From Candidatus Saccharimonadota bacterium (GTDB lineage Bacteria > Patescibacteriota > Saccharimonadia > Saccharimonadales > Saccharimonadaceae): DNA of 64,000 bases. The DNA is taken from assembly GCA_017513185.1 (NCBI GenBank), contig JAFXGL010000008.1:97323-161322 (forward strand), written 5' to 3'. Position 1 is the first letter of the stretch. Each line of letters opens with the position of its first letter. Below are positions 24,670 to 33,665 of the stretch, one piece after another. Under the pieces are notes generated by a model. The model saw nothing but the letters and a program-made list of their open reading frames with translations, was not told where the DNA came from and made no database searches. The translations under genes were made by a program, and so were the position numbers.

Positions 24670-26295
24670 ATGAAGTTAATCGCACTGGATGTGGGCGAAA
24701 AAAGAATCGGCGTAGCCAAAGCTGATACTAGCGTCAAAATTGCTGTACCCGCCGGTATGATTCCGGTTGATGGCGGAGAAATTCCGGCCATCTCTCGGCT
24801 CTGCAAAATCCAAAACATCGACGTGATTGTGGTGGGTATGCCGCGCAACCTCCAGGGCCAGCTCACCGCCCAGTCCGACTACGTCAAAAACTTCGTCAAA
24901 AACCTCAACAAAACCCTCGTTCTAGAAAAGCCCAACAATAAAACCATCAAGATTTACTTCCAAGACGAATCTCTCACTTCCGTCCAGGCCAAACAAAATC
25001 TTAGGAATCGCCCGCTCGATAAAAAATCCGGCGACATTGACGCCGAAGCAGCGACGATTATCCTTCAAGATTTTCTCGAAAATCTCGCCCGCCGTGTCGT
25101 CTATAAAAAGCCCGAGCCTAAACCTGCCCCTGCCGCCCCCTCCGCCCCTGCCGAAGTAGAGCTCAAGCCCCGCTTTAAAACCCCAAAGGAGAACTCCGTG
25201 AAAAAATGGTTCATCATCCGCATTCTCATCATCGTTATTGCCGTCCTCGGCCTTGCCTATCTAGGAGCCAGTCTCTGGTACAACTCCTCCATCTCTCCCG
25301 TCGTTGCTGCCGAGCAATGTTCCAGCATCTTTAAGCCGGACGAAGCCGACCCTTGCGCTTCGCAACAGTTCGTAGTGGAGGAAGGCTCCTCCGTCTCCGG
25401 TATCGCCGATGCGCTCAAGCAAGCTGGCCTCATCAAAAGCCCGCTGGCCTTCAAAATCTACGCCAAGATTTCCGGCAAAAGTGGCGACCTCAAGGCTGGC
25501 ACTTACAACCTCGCGCCATCCATGGCCGTCGAAAAAATCTATTCCAAGCTCATTGATGGCAGCAACGATGCCGTCGTCTTCCGCTTTACCGCCCTCCCCG
25601 GCGAGACCCTAAACGACGTCAAAAAACGCCTCGTCTCTGTCGGCTACACGGCCGAAGAAATCGACGCTGCCCTCACCAAAAAATACAACCACCCCGTCCT
25701 CGCGGACAAGCCTGCTGATGCCTCGCTTGAAGGCTACCTCTTTGGCGAAACCTACGAATTTTACCAAACCGACAGTGTTGAGACTATCATTATCCGCATG
25801 CTGGACGAACTTTATTCCGTAGTAGAGAAGAACGGCCTCCGCCAAAAGTTTAACAACATGGGCTACACCCTCCATGAAGGGCTCACCCTTGCTTCTATCG
25901 TCCAAAAAGAGGCCGGCACTGTCAGTAAGGAAGACCAAAAAATAGTCGCTCAGGTCTTTTGGAGCCGCCTCGCCCAAGGTATCGCCCTAGGGAGCGACGT
26001 CACTGCTACTTACGCTGCTAACCAAATCGACCCCGAGCGCAAGACTTACACCGACAACGCCGCTGTTCTCGCCATTGATTCGCCATACAACACTCGCAGA
26101 TATGCCGGTCTCCCTCCTGGGCCTATCTGTAATCCTGGCTCGCTCGTCCTCATTTCCACCGCTAATCCAGCCGACACTTCTTATCTTTATTTCTTGACAG
26201 GAGACGATGGTCTGATGTATTATAGTAACACGGAGGCTGAGCATAACCAGAACGCCCGCGACCATTGCCAAGTCCTCTGTAATACTCAATTATGA
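24670..26295 (+). CDS. Fusion protein: RuvX/YqgF-like nuclease, TM helix, and MltG/YceG endolytic transglycosylase
   Basis: N-terminus has KLIALDVGEKRIGVAKAD, VIVVGMP and DAEAATIILQDFLE (YqgF). TM helix is WFIIRILIIVIAVLGLAYLGASLW. C-terminus has YLFGETYEF, TLASIVQKEAG, SPYNTRRYAGLPPGPICNPG and YLYFL (MltG). Confidence 0.8.
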   Translation: MKLIALDVGEKRIGVAKADTSVKIAVPAGMIPVDGGEIPAISRLCKIQNIDVIVVGMPRNLQGQLTAQSDYVKNFVKNLNKTLVLEKPNNKTIKIYFQDESLTSVQAKQNLRNRPLDKKSGDIDAEAATIILQDFLENLARRVVYKKPEPKPAPAAPSAPAEVELKPRFKTPKENSVKKWFIIRILIIVIAVLGLAYLGASLWYNSSISPVVAAEQCSSIFKPDEADPCASQQFVVEEGSSVSGIADALKQAGLIKSPLAFKIYAKISGKSGDLKAGTYNLAPSMAVEKIYSKLIDGSNDAVVFRFTALPGETLNDVKKRLVSVGYTAEEIDAALTKKYNHPVLADKPADASLEGYLFGETYEFYQTDSVETIIIRMLDELYSVVEKNGLRQKFNNMGYTLHEGLTLASIVQKEAGTVSKEDQKIVAQVFWSRLAQGIALGSDVTATYAANQIDPERKTYTDNAAVLAIDSPYNTRRYAGLPPGPICNPGSLVLISTANPADTSYLYFLTGDDGLMYYSNTEAEHNQNARDHCQVLCNTQL

Positions 26296-27359
26296 AAGCC
26301 AAAAAATCATCTCAGTCTGCTAAAAACCCGTTTCTTCGGGCTATTAGCTATGTATTGTCGGCCCTCGCTGTCTTCGGCATAGTTTATCTTGGCTCTCAAA
26401 ACAAGACCGCCAAACAAGATGGCGTGCCTATCATGATGGCTATTTCCGACAACAACTACGCGGTCTCTGTAGACCAGCTCTCTGAGCTCTATATCGTCGC
26501 TGAGATTGCTAACAACGTATCTCTCAGCTCTTCGTCCTACCTCAATATGGACTATATTTCTGCTGTCACTCAATACTCTATTAACCAAACCGCCTCTACC
26601 CGTATCGAAAAGACCAATATCGTCGATACTTCCTCCCTTGCTAAGGGCGTGATTGAATACGAAGTCGGCGCTGGCGAGTCTATGGAATCCATTGCTGCTT
26701 CCTTTGGCCTCACTACCGACCAAATTCGCTGGTCTAACGGCCTCAAAACCACCGACCTTTCCGCTGGTCAGACCCTCTATCTACCTAGCGTCGCTGGTAT
26801 CGTCTACACCATCAAGGAAGGCGACTCGCTCGACTCTATCGCCAGCAAATATGGCTCTGCCGCAGCCGAAATCGCCGACAAAAACAACCTCACCGCCCGC
26901 GGTGTCGTTGCTGGTACTAAAATCGCCCTGCCTGGCGGTGTCGTCCCTGAGACCGAACGCCCCGAATACGTCGCTCCTGCCCCGGTCGTCGTCCCGACCT
27001 ACACTCCGTCTTACAACCTTTACGCTACCAGCTCCAACCCTATGCCTTATGGCTGGTGTACTTGGTTTGCCTGGCAATGGCGCTTCGAGAACGGCTCTCC
27101 GCTTCCTGGTGGCCTTGGCAACGCTCGCTATTGGGCCTCCCAGCTTGCCGCCAAGGGCTTTGCCGTCGGTCGCGAACCGGCCTACGGTGCCGTCTTTGTC
27201 TCCCCGGCTGGATATTATGGCCACGTGGGTATCGTCACTGCCGTCAATGGTGACGGCACCATCGAAATCACCGATATGAACGGCGTCTCCGGTTGGGGCC
27301 GCGTCGGCTCAAAGACCGTCTCTCAGTCTGAATGGGCTTCCTATCAGTTTGTCTACTAA
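26292..27359 (+). CDS. Membrane-anchored peptidoglycan hydrolase: 2x LysM plus CHAP
   Basis: N-terminal TM helix. LysM-like YEVGAGESMESIAASFG...LYLP and YTIKEGDSLDSIASKYG...IALPG. CHAP residues Cys (YGWCTWFAWQW) and His (YYGHVGIV). ATGA start/stop overlap with the upstream gene. Confidence 0.8.
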   Translation: MKAKKSSQSAKNPFLRAISYVLSALAVFGIVYLGSQNKTAKQDGVPIMMAISDNNYAVSVDQLSELYIVAEIANNVSLSSSSYLNMDYISAVTQYSINQTASTRIEKTNIVDTSSLAKGVIEYEVGAGESMESIAASFGLTTDQIRWSNGLKTTDLSAGQTLYLPSVAGIVYTIKEGDSLDSIASKYGSAAAEIADKNNLTARGVVAGTKIALPGGVVPETERPEYVAPAPVVVPTYTPSYNLYATSSNPMPYGWCTWFAWQWRFENGSPLPGGLGNARYWASQLAAKGFAVGREPAYGAVFVSPAGYYGHVGIVTAVNGDGTIEITDMNGVSGWGRVGSKTVSQSEWASYQFVY

Positions 27360-27386
27360 ACCGTATTTGCTTATATATATTATATA

Positions 27387-27395
27387 TGGTATAAT
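27387..27395 (+). promoter_or_regulatory. Extended -10 (TGGTATAAT) 6 nt upstream of the obg ATG
   Basis: Read directly from the sequence. Confidence 0.55.
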
Positions 27396-27401
27396 TACCC
27401 C

Positions 27402-28688
27402 ATGTTTGTTGATACCGCGAAAGTCAAATTAGAAGCCGGTAAGGGCGGTGATGGTGCCGTCTCTTTTCGCCATGAAATCTACATCCCTAAAGGTGGCCCC
27501 GACGGTGGCGATGGCGGCCGTGGCGGCTCCATTATCTTTCGCGCCGACAAAGACACTAATACTCTCCTAAACTTCCGTTTTACGCCCGAGCTCAAGGCCG
27601 AAGATGGCAAAAACGGCTCCGGTACCCGTTCTGCCGGCCGCTCTGGCAAAGATTTAATCATTGAAGTACCAATCGGCACCGTCGTCAAAAAGGACGGCAA
27701 GGTTATTGCCGACTTGACACGCGACCAAGAAGAAGCAGTTATCGCCAAAGGCGGCGATGGCGGCTTTGGTAACGCCCACTTTAAATCATCTACTCGCCAA
27801 GCCCCGATTATCGCCGAAGTTGGTGAACCTGGCGAAGCTTTTGAGGCCGAGATTGAGCTAAAACTCCTCGCTGACGTCGGTCTCGTTGGTCTGCCCAACG
27901 CTGGCAAGTCCACCTTTCTCTCCGTCGTCTCTAATGCTAAACCAGAAATCGCCGACTACCCATTTACCACTATCACGCCCAACCTTGGCGTCGCCACCAT
28001 CGATGACAAAGATTTGCTCATCGCCGACATCCCCGGACTCATTGAAGGCGCCGCGGAAGGGAAGGGCCTCGGCCACGCTTTCCTTCGTCACGTCGACCGC
28101 ACCGCCGTACTTCTTCACCTCGTCGATGTTTATAACGCCGATGCCGGCGAAGCCTACGCCACCATTCGCCACGAGCTAGAAAAATACTCCGATTTGAAAG
28201 ATCGCCCGGAAATTGTCGCCCTCACCAAATGCGAAGGTCTCGATAAAGAAATCGTCGACCTCCAAAAACAGTCCATCCTCGCCAAAAATCCCAAAGCTCG
28301 CATCTTCGCCATCTCCTCCTCCGCGCACATTGGCCTCGAAGAATTATTGAGAGAGCTAAAAAATAATATTAAAGATAAAAAAATCATTATTAAAGAAGAA
28401 ACTAAGAATTCAGAAGTTCCAACCATCACTTTAAATCCGGAACTTATTAAAGATACCTGGAAGATAGAAAAGATAGAGACCGAAGAAGGTATAAAATTTG
28501 TTGTCACGGGCGACAAAATCGAAAAATTCGCCCGCCGCACCGACTATAACAACTACGCCTCCCTCAACCGCCTCCGCGACATCATGAAAAAACTCGGCAT
28601 CCGCGCCGAACTCACTTCTCTTGGTGCTCAGCCGGAATCAATCATTTCCATCGCCGACCACGAATTTACTCTTGTAGAAGATTGGTAA
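27402..28688 (+). CDS. obg: GTPase Obg/CgtA
   Basis: MFVDTAKVKLEAGKGGDGAVSFRHE glycine-rich Obg fold, G1 GLPNAGKST, and DIPGLIEGA. Confidence 0.92.
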   Translation: MFVDTAKVKLEAGKGGDGAVSFRHEIYIPKGGPDGGDGGRGGSIIFRADKDTNTLLNFRFTPELKAEDGKNGSGTRSAGRSGKDLIIEVPIGTVVKKDGKVIADLTRDQEEAVIAKGGDGGFGNAHFKSSTRQAPIIAEVGEPGEAFEAEIELKLLADVGLVGLPNAGKSTFLSVVSNAKPEIADYPFTTITPNLGVATIDDKDLLIADIPGLIEGAAEGKGLGHAFLRHVDRTAVLLHLVDVYNADAGEAYATIRHELEKYSDLKDRPEIVALTKCEGLDKEIVDLQKQSILAKNPKARIFAISSSAHIGLEELLRELKNNIKDKKIIIKEETKNSEVPTITLNPELIKDTWKIEKIETEEGIKFVVTGDKIEKFARRTDYNNYASLNRLRDIMKKLGIRAELTSLGAQPESIISIADHEFTLVEDW

Positions 28689-28695
28689 AAAGTAC

Positions 28696-28724
28696 TTGAC
28701 AAGCATAAGTTTTTTCTTTAAAAT
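28696..28724 (+). promoter_or_regulatory. sigma70-type promoter TTGACA-17nt-TAAAAT for the candidate small RNA
   Basis: TTGACA at 28696-28701 and TAAAAT at 28719-28724. Confidence 0.55.
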
Positions 28725-28730
28725 AAAAAT

Positions 28731-28875
28731 AAGCTGATACGCTTCACGGGGTTCCACTGACTAGCTTAGTGGAGTGTGGAGACTACATTAAAACAAAAAC
28801 AGCGGATTAAAACAAACCAATGTGCCCCAGGGTGGGCGCGCATCAGCGGGAGGCCGGGCAACCGGCCTCCTTTTG
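28731..28875 (+). ncRNA. Candidate structured small RNA or cis-regulatory leader (family not recognised)
   Basis: It is bounded by its own promoter and an intrinsic terminator. A closing stem pairs 28733-28742 with 28838-28847 (9 of 10 bp). An inner CAC-GGGG / CCCC-AGG-GTG pairing and a TTCCAC/GTGGAG hairpin are possible. The 11-nt direct repeat ATTAAAACAAA occurs at 28787 and 28806. There is no credible ORF. Confidence 0.4.
28849..28875 (+). terminator. Rho-independent terminator
   Basis: GGAGGCCGG GCAA CCGGCCTCC followed by TTTTG. Confidence 0.8.
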
Positions 28876-28916
28876 AATTTACGCAAAAATAAACCTTTAA
28901 CATTTCGCCGTGCTTA

Positions 28917-28925
28917 TGCTATACT
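28917..28925 (+). promoter_or_regulatory. Extended -10 (TGCTATACT) 7 nt upstream of the ATG at 28933
   Basis: Read directly from the sequence. Confidence 0.45.
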
Positions 28926-28932
28926 TAAATAA

Positions 28933-31900
28933 ATGGAGCCACAAGTGGAGAAAAAATCACACAAGAAGCTGTTGATTGCTATCATCGCTTTGCTTTTGCT
29001 TGGTGGCGGTGGCTTTGCCGCCTGGTGGTTTTTGCTACGGCAACCCGCTTCGCCTTCTATAGCGCTCACTAACGGCAAAATGTACCCCGAGTTTGCCGCA
29101 GAAACTACCAGCTACACTATCTACACGTCGGCCAATTCGCTCTCCTTCTCCTGTACCGGCGACGGTGCTATCACCGGCTGCGACTCTCCCGTTGCGGTCG
29201 CCACTGGCAACTCCACCCACCAAATCGCCATCGGTGAGCATCGTTACTCCTTCTCTATCACCCGTCTTGATCCTTCCGATACCACGCTCAAAATCAAATC
29301 TGTCCGCGGCAACCCCACCGCCTGGACCACTTCCGCCGAGCTGACCGTTGCCGTAGAAAACTCCGGCTCCGTCAAAGAACTCGAATATTCTTTTGATGGT
29401 GGCAAAACTTGGCGCAGCTCTAACATCGGTACCATCACCAAAAACGGCACTTATTCCATCATCGCTCGCGATTATTTTGGCTTCCTTTCCGATACTAAGA
29501 CCGTCAAAGTCACCAAAGTTGATTCAGAAAAGCCCATCGTCAACATCACCAAAGAGCAAACTAACTCTACTAAAACCGAAGAAAACCAAGCCGTCCTCAC
29601 CGCCGTCATTACAGAGGAAATTTCCGGCATCAAAAGCATCAAATGGAACACTGGTGCCACTACCGAATCTATCACCGTCCACACCGGCGGCACCTACACC
29701 GTCACGGTGACAGACAAAGCCGGCAACATTACCAAAAAATCCACCACCGTTACCTTTGAGTCGCCCAAAGAATCTGACTCTGACCTCCCGGATACCTCCG
29801 GTGGCAACCAAGGCGACAGTAAGCAAGGCGGCAACACTCCTGCTCCGACACCTACTCCTACTCCCACGCCTACCCCCACTCCCACCCCCACTCCGCCAAC
29901 ACCGGTCACCCATACTTTCGTCGCGCAATTTGTCGGCAACGGCGCTACCGCCAGCACCTCCTCGGCTAACTGCGCCACTACCGGCACTTCCTGTACCATC
30001 CACACCGCCAATATCACGCGCGTCGGCTGGGAAATCATCGGCTGGTCCACTAACCAAAACGCCACCACCAGCGAATATCCAGTCAACGCTGACGTCCGCA
30101 TCTCCGGTAATATTCGCCTCTACGCCATCACCAGAAAGACCATCTCCGGCTCCTTTACCCTTCGTGATGAAAACGCCGCTACGCAGTCCGGCGGCTCGAC
30201 TAGCTGCACTCTCTACAATGCAGCCTCGTCTTGCAACATTACCGCCCCCATTCTCACTGCCAAATCTGGCTACACTGTCGCCGGCTGGAATACTTCGCAA
30301 ACCTCCACATCGGGTAGCCACGCTTCCGGCGCCTCTATCTCCATTTCCGGCAACACCACTTTTTATTCGGTGACCTATCTCACCGCTCCGCTCACGGCCA
30401 CCTTTACCATCTCCGACCCAGATGCTGCCACCAAGTCCGGCGGTATCACCAACTGCTTCCTCTATAACGGCGAAGAATCTTGCTCTCTCCGAGCTCCGAC
30501 TTTGACAGCCAAAACCGACTATGCTGCGGACGGCTGGTATGACCCCGAGCATGACGTCTCGCTTGATTCCGGAGAAAGCTTCCTCGTCACCATCGCCACT
30601 TCTAGCCGCACTTATTACGCCGTCACGCGCTCTACACGCATCTATTCCGCCACCTTCAACCTTCAGGATTCCGCTCACCTCACTAAGTCTTCAGAAATCA
30701 CTTCTTGTCTCCCGGAAAATGGCTCCTGCACCATCACCGTCCCCACGCTTACAGCTACGGACGCCGCTTTTGAAGCTTTTGGTTGGTCCACTAGCGCTTC
30801 CGCCACCACCGCCGACGGCCTCGGCGCCACCCTCACCCTCACTTCCAGCAATAACGGCGTCGCTTACTACTCTATCTCTCGCAATAAAACCCCTCTCTCC
30901 ACCAACTTTACCATCAAAGACTCCGCAGCCCTCTCTGCCAGCGGTTCGCTCACGCCAAGCTGTTATCTCTACAACGGCGCTACTTCTTGTACTGTCGCCG
31001 CCCCGTCCCTCTCGGCTAGCAGCGGGTACAACTTTGACGGTTGGAGCCGTACCGACGGCGCCACCTCACCAGATTTTGCGGCTGGCGACTCGGTAGCGCT
31101 CAGCCAAACCACCATTTTCTACTCCGTCTCCCACAACAACACTCCTCGCTCCGCCACTTTCAACATCTCCAATTCTTCTATTTCTCGCTTCTCCGACAAT
31201 ACTACTGCTGCCAAAACTATCAGTTGCTATCTCTACAATGGCTCTTCCTCCTGTAACGTTACCTCCCCCGCCATCAATACCGACGCTAGCTACACTGCGC
31301 TCGGCTGGGCGACTAACCCCTCCGCCACTACTGCCGATTTTACCGCGGGCAGTTCTGTCACCCTCACTGGCGCCAACCAAAACTACTACTCTGTCGTCAC
31401 CAAATCCTTCACCATCACCTTCAAATCTTCCGATCCGTCGCACCTCACCTTCGCAGGCGGCGCTACCACCACTACGCAAGTTTGCGACCTCAACAACGCC
31501 TCTAGCTGCGCCGTTAACTTCCCGGCCGTCACCACATCGGATGGTCGTGAGCTTATCGGCTGGTCCAGCACAGAAAACTCCACCACCGCTGAACATGCCG
31601 CCACCGACCACCCCTCCGTCTCATCGGCTATCACTTACTACACTGTCTCCAAAAAGACCGTTACTCTTTCGTTCTCGCTCGTAGATGCCGTTCACTTCTC
31701 GCTTGCTAGCCCCACTGCTTCTTGCACTTTCTACAACTCCGCCACGGGCTGCTCGCTCTCTGCTCCGGCTGTTACTGCCGCTGCTAATTATTCATTACTT
31801 GGCTGGTCTACCACTTCTGGCGCCACCACCTACTCTTGGAACGGCTCCGCCCGCACCGTCTCGGCCGACGCTAGCTACTTCTCTGTCTCTCGCTATGCTA

Positions 31901-33261
31901 TTCCATTCCGGCTTTACTATGTCGTCGACTCGTCGGATACCAATAAAATCTCCACTCCCCCCACCTACGACGAATGCTATCTCATGAACGGCGCCGAGAA
32001 CTGTGCCATCACCCTCGCCTCGGTCACGCCTACTTCCGCCAGTTACTACTTCGCCGGTTGGGGCGCCAGTGCCACCTCCTACGACGAATACTTCCCAGCT
32101 GGCATCAACCTCTACGGCATACCAGGGAATTACGGCATCTACGCCATTGTTGGCGCTGTCAGCCCCATCACTTTCGTCAACGGCGCCAGCGTTACTGGCT
32201 CTAACGCTTCCATTCTAGACGGCAACAACATCTCCGCACAGAGCATCAGTGCCACCAGCGGCAGCTGCATCAGTTACGACGGCACCAACTGTTACATCAA
32301 AAAGATGCCGTATCTATACGCTCCAGGTAGCGACATCTTCGGCTTTGGTAAGACCCAGCTAGGTGGCACCGACAGCCTATTATCCTTCACTGGCGCGCAA
32401 TCCGTCTCCGCCGGCAGCACACTCTACTCCCGCGTCTGGAACACCATCTCTGCCAAGTATTACAACCACGCCAAGACGTTCCTCATTAGCTTTACCGGTA
32501 GCGGTAGCAGCTCTAGCGACTGGAGCGAAGGCGGTAATCCGTCCACCGGCGACGAATATTATGCCATAGAATTCGAGAGCGGTATCGACGAAGACGTCGG
32601 CACGGCCTATGCCAACTTTGTCCTAGAAATCGCCAGCAAGCTACCTATCATCAGCGAATTCCACGGCAAAACCCGTTTCATGACCAACAACTCGTTTGAC
32701 CCGCTCTTTAACCCCAACGGGACTGCTAACGGCGTTACGCTCGGCGTTACGCACGGCTACGGTCAGTTTGCCCCGGTCGCCATTCGCCTTCAGGCCAACT
32801 CCGAAGGTAAAGTCACCAGTGTCTCCGAACTTTCCAAGTACTCGCTCGTTCACGAACTTGGCCATGCCACGGAATTTCTAGTCCTAGACCATCTCGGCGG
32901 CAGATGGCCTGTAGTCTTCAACGATCTCCGCGTACGCTGCTATAACCTCCGCCAGTCCGGCACGCCTTGCCTCAGCGACTACGCCTATAATAACGTCGAG
33001 TATAGCACCGCCCAAGGCCAATTTGTGCCTACCGCCGGTCACACTGAAGATGACTCCGACGTCGACGGCTTTGAGTTCTTCGCCGAGCTCTTCGCTGCAT
33101 GGTATAATGAGCAATATACCGGCATGGATATTGCCTCTGTCTTTGGCAACTATGGCACCAAGCACAATTCTGAGTTTGAAGCCGACACCGATAAAGCCAT
33201 GACAGACCTATTCAAAGTCATCGCAAACGACTATAACTTGGCAGCTGCCGATATGGAGTAA
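28933..33261 (+). CDS. Giant (1442 aa) membrane-anchored surface protein: Ig-like domains, PT linker, about 10 Cys-pair repeats, C-terminal M34/lethal-factor-like Zn-metalloprotease domain
   Basis: N-terminal anchor LLIAIIALLLLGGGGFAAWWFLL. (TP)n linker. Repeats of about 85 aa follow the pattern F..D..C.LYN..SC....P.LT...Y...GW.T....YYSV. HELGH lies at 32851-32865 and EFFAELF at 33073-33093. Confidence 0.75.
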   Translation: MEPQVEKKSHKKLLIAIIALLLLGGGGFAAWWFLLRQPASPSIALTNGKMYPEFAAETTSYTIYTSANSLSFSCTGDGAITGCDSPVAVATGNSTHQIAIGEHRYSFSITRLDPSDTTLKIKSVRGNPTAWTTSAELTVAVENSGSVKELEYSFDGGKTWRSSNIGTITKNGTYSIIARDYFGFLSDTKTVKVTKVDSEKPIVNITKEQTNSTKTEENQAVLTAVITEEISGIKSIKWNTGATTESITVHTGGTYTVTVTDKAGNITKKSTTVTFESPKESDSDLPDTSGGNQGDSKQGGNTPAPTPTPTPTPTPTPTPTPPTPVTHTFVAQFVGNGATASTSSANCATTGTSCTIHTANITRVGWEIIGWSTNQNATTSEYPVNADVRISGNIRLYAITRKTISGSFTLRDENAATQSGGSTSCTLYNAASSCNITAPILTAKSGYTVAGWNTSQTSTSGSHASGASISISGNTTFYSVTYLTAPLTATFTISDPDAATKSGGITNCFLYNGEESCSLRAPTLTAKTDYAADGWYDPEHDVSLDSGESFLVTIATSSRTYYAVTRSTRIYSATFNLQDSAHLTKSSEITSCLPENGSCTITVPTLTATDAAFEAFGWSTSASATTADGLGATLTLTSSNNGVAYYSISRNKTPLSTNFTIKDSAALSASGSLTPSCYLYNGATSCTVAAPSLSASSGYNFDGWSRTDGATSPDFAAGDSVALSQTTIFYSVSHNNTPRSATFNISNSSISRFSDNTTAAKTISCYLYNGSSSCNVTSPAINTDASYTALGWATNPSATTADFTAGSSVTLTGANQNYYSVVTKSFTITFKSSDPSHLTFAGGATTTTQVCDLNNASSCAVNFPAVTTSDGRELIGWSSTENSTTAEHAATDHPSVSSAITYYTVSKKTVTLSFSLVDAVHFSLASPTASCTFYNSATGCSLSAPAVTAAANYSLLGWSTTSGATTYSWNGSARTVSADASYFSVSRYAIPFRLYYVVDSSDTNKISTPPTYDECYLMNGAENCAITLASVTPTSASYYFAGWGASATSYDEYFPAGINLYGIPGNYGIYAIVGAVSPITFVNGASVTGSNASILDGNNISAQSISATSGSCISYDGTNCYIKKMPYLYAPGSDIFGFGKTQLGGTDSLLSFTGAQSVSAGSTLYSRVWNTISAKYYNHAKTFLISFTGSGSSSSDWSEGGNPSTGDEYYAIEFESGIDEDVGTAYANFVLEIASKLPIISEFHGKTRFMTNNSFDPLFNPNGTANGVTLGVTHGYGQFAPVAIRLQANSEGKVTSVSELSKYSLVHELGHATEFLVLDHLGGRWPVVFNDLRVRCYNLRQSGTPCLSDYAYNNVEYSTAQGQFVPTAGHTEDDSDVDGFEFFAELFAAWYNEQYTGMDIASVFGNYGTKHNSEFEADTDKAMTDLFKVIANDYNLAAADME
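29900..32460 (+). repeat. About 10 tandem divergent coding repeats (about 83-88 aa each) inside the giant gene
   Basis: Each repeat carries a conserved Cys...Cys pair, a GW and a YYSV/FYSV motif. Repeat boundaries were read from the translation. The unit resembles the Listeria-Bacteroides (Flg_new) repeat architecture. Confidence 0.7.
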
Positions 33262-33265
33262 ACAT

Positions 33266-33655
33266 ATGGATATCAAACCCAAAACCAATTATCTCATCAT
33301 CCTTGGCGCCATCGTGGTAGGGCTTATCACCTTTGCGGTTTTTATGAGCGAACGCAATCGCCCCAAAGATACTTCTGCCTCCACTGCTCCGACCGTCGGT
33401 CTCCTAGAAACTGTTGGCAATAAACTCATTGTCCACGCCAAGTCTAATGCCCCCAAAGGCACCGAAGAAACCTTCGTCTACTGCCTGACTCGCCAGAAGT
33501 CCTCCGATGCTTGTGCCTGGGACAACTCCGACGAATTTGACCTCCCCGAACCGGGTGATTACTACGTCTACGTCAAATCCCTCACCACAGAAGAAATTTC
33601 GGAGCCCAAACTCTTTACCTACGAGCCTATCGACAGCTCCAAAGTCAAAATGTAG
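33266..33655 (+). CDS. Small bitopic membrane protein, tightly linked to the giant gene
   Basis: TM helix [19 protein letters not shown]. The ATG lies 4 nt after the giant gene stop. Confidence 0.5.
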   Translation: MDIKPKTNYLIILGAIVVGLITFAVFMSERNRPKDTSASTAPTVGLLETVGNKLIVHAKSNAPKGTEETFVYCLTRQKSSDACAWDNSDEFDLPEPGDYYVYVKSLTTEEISEPKLFTYEPIDSSKVKM

Positions 33656-33665
33656 AGGCGTCACC

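Noticed and set aside
28820-28876. An 18-codon ORF (MCPRVGAHQREAGQPASF) inside the candidate small RNA.
   Set aside because: It has no Shine-Dalgarno and is not at a leaderless position. It consists largely of the terminator stem read as codons.
29524-30678. 384-aa minus-strand ORF, plus several 100-200-aa ORFs on both strands, inside the giant surface-protein gene.
   Set aside because: Their translations are Gly/Arg/Ser/Ala low-complexity mirror images of a repeat-rich plus-strand gene that has clear domain structure, a signal anchor and a protease motif. They are shadow ORFs.
33100-33108. A TGGTATAAT inside the giant gene, considered as a possible internal promoter for the 33266 gene.
   Set aside because: It lies about 155 nt upstream of that start, within the conserved EFFAELFAAWYNE protease motif. 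The sequence is explained by coding constraints, and there is no independent evidence for promoter use.
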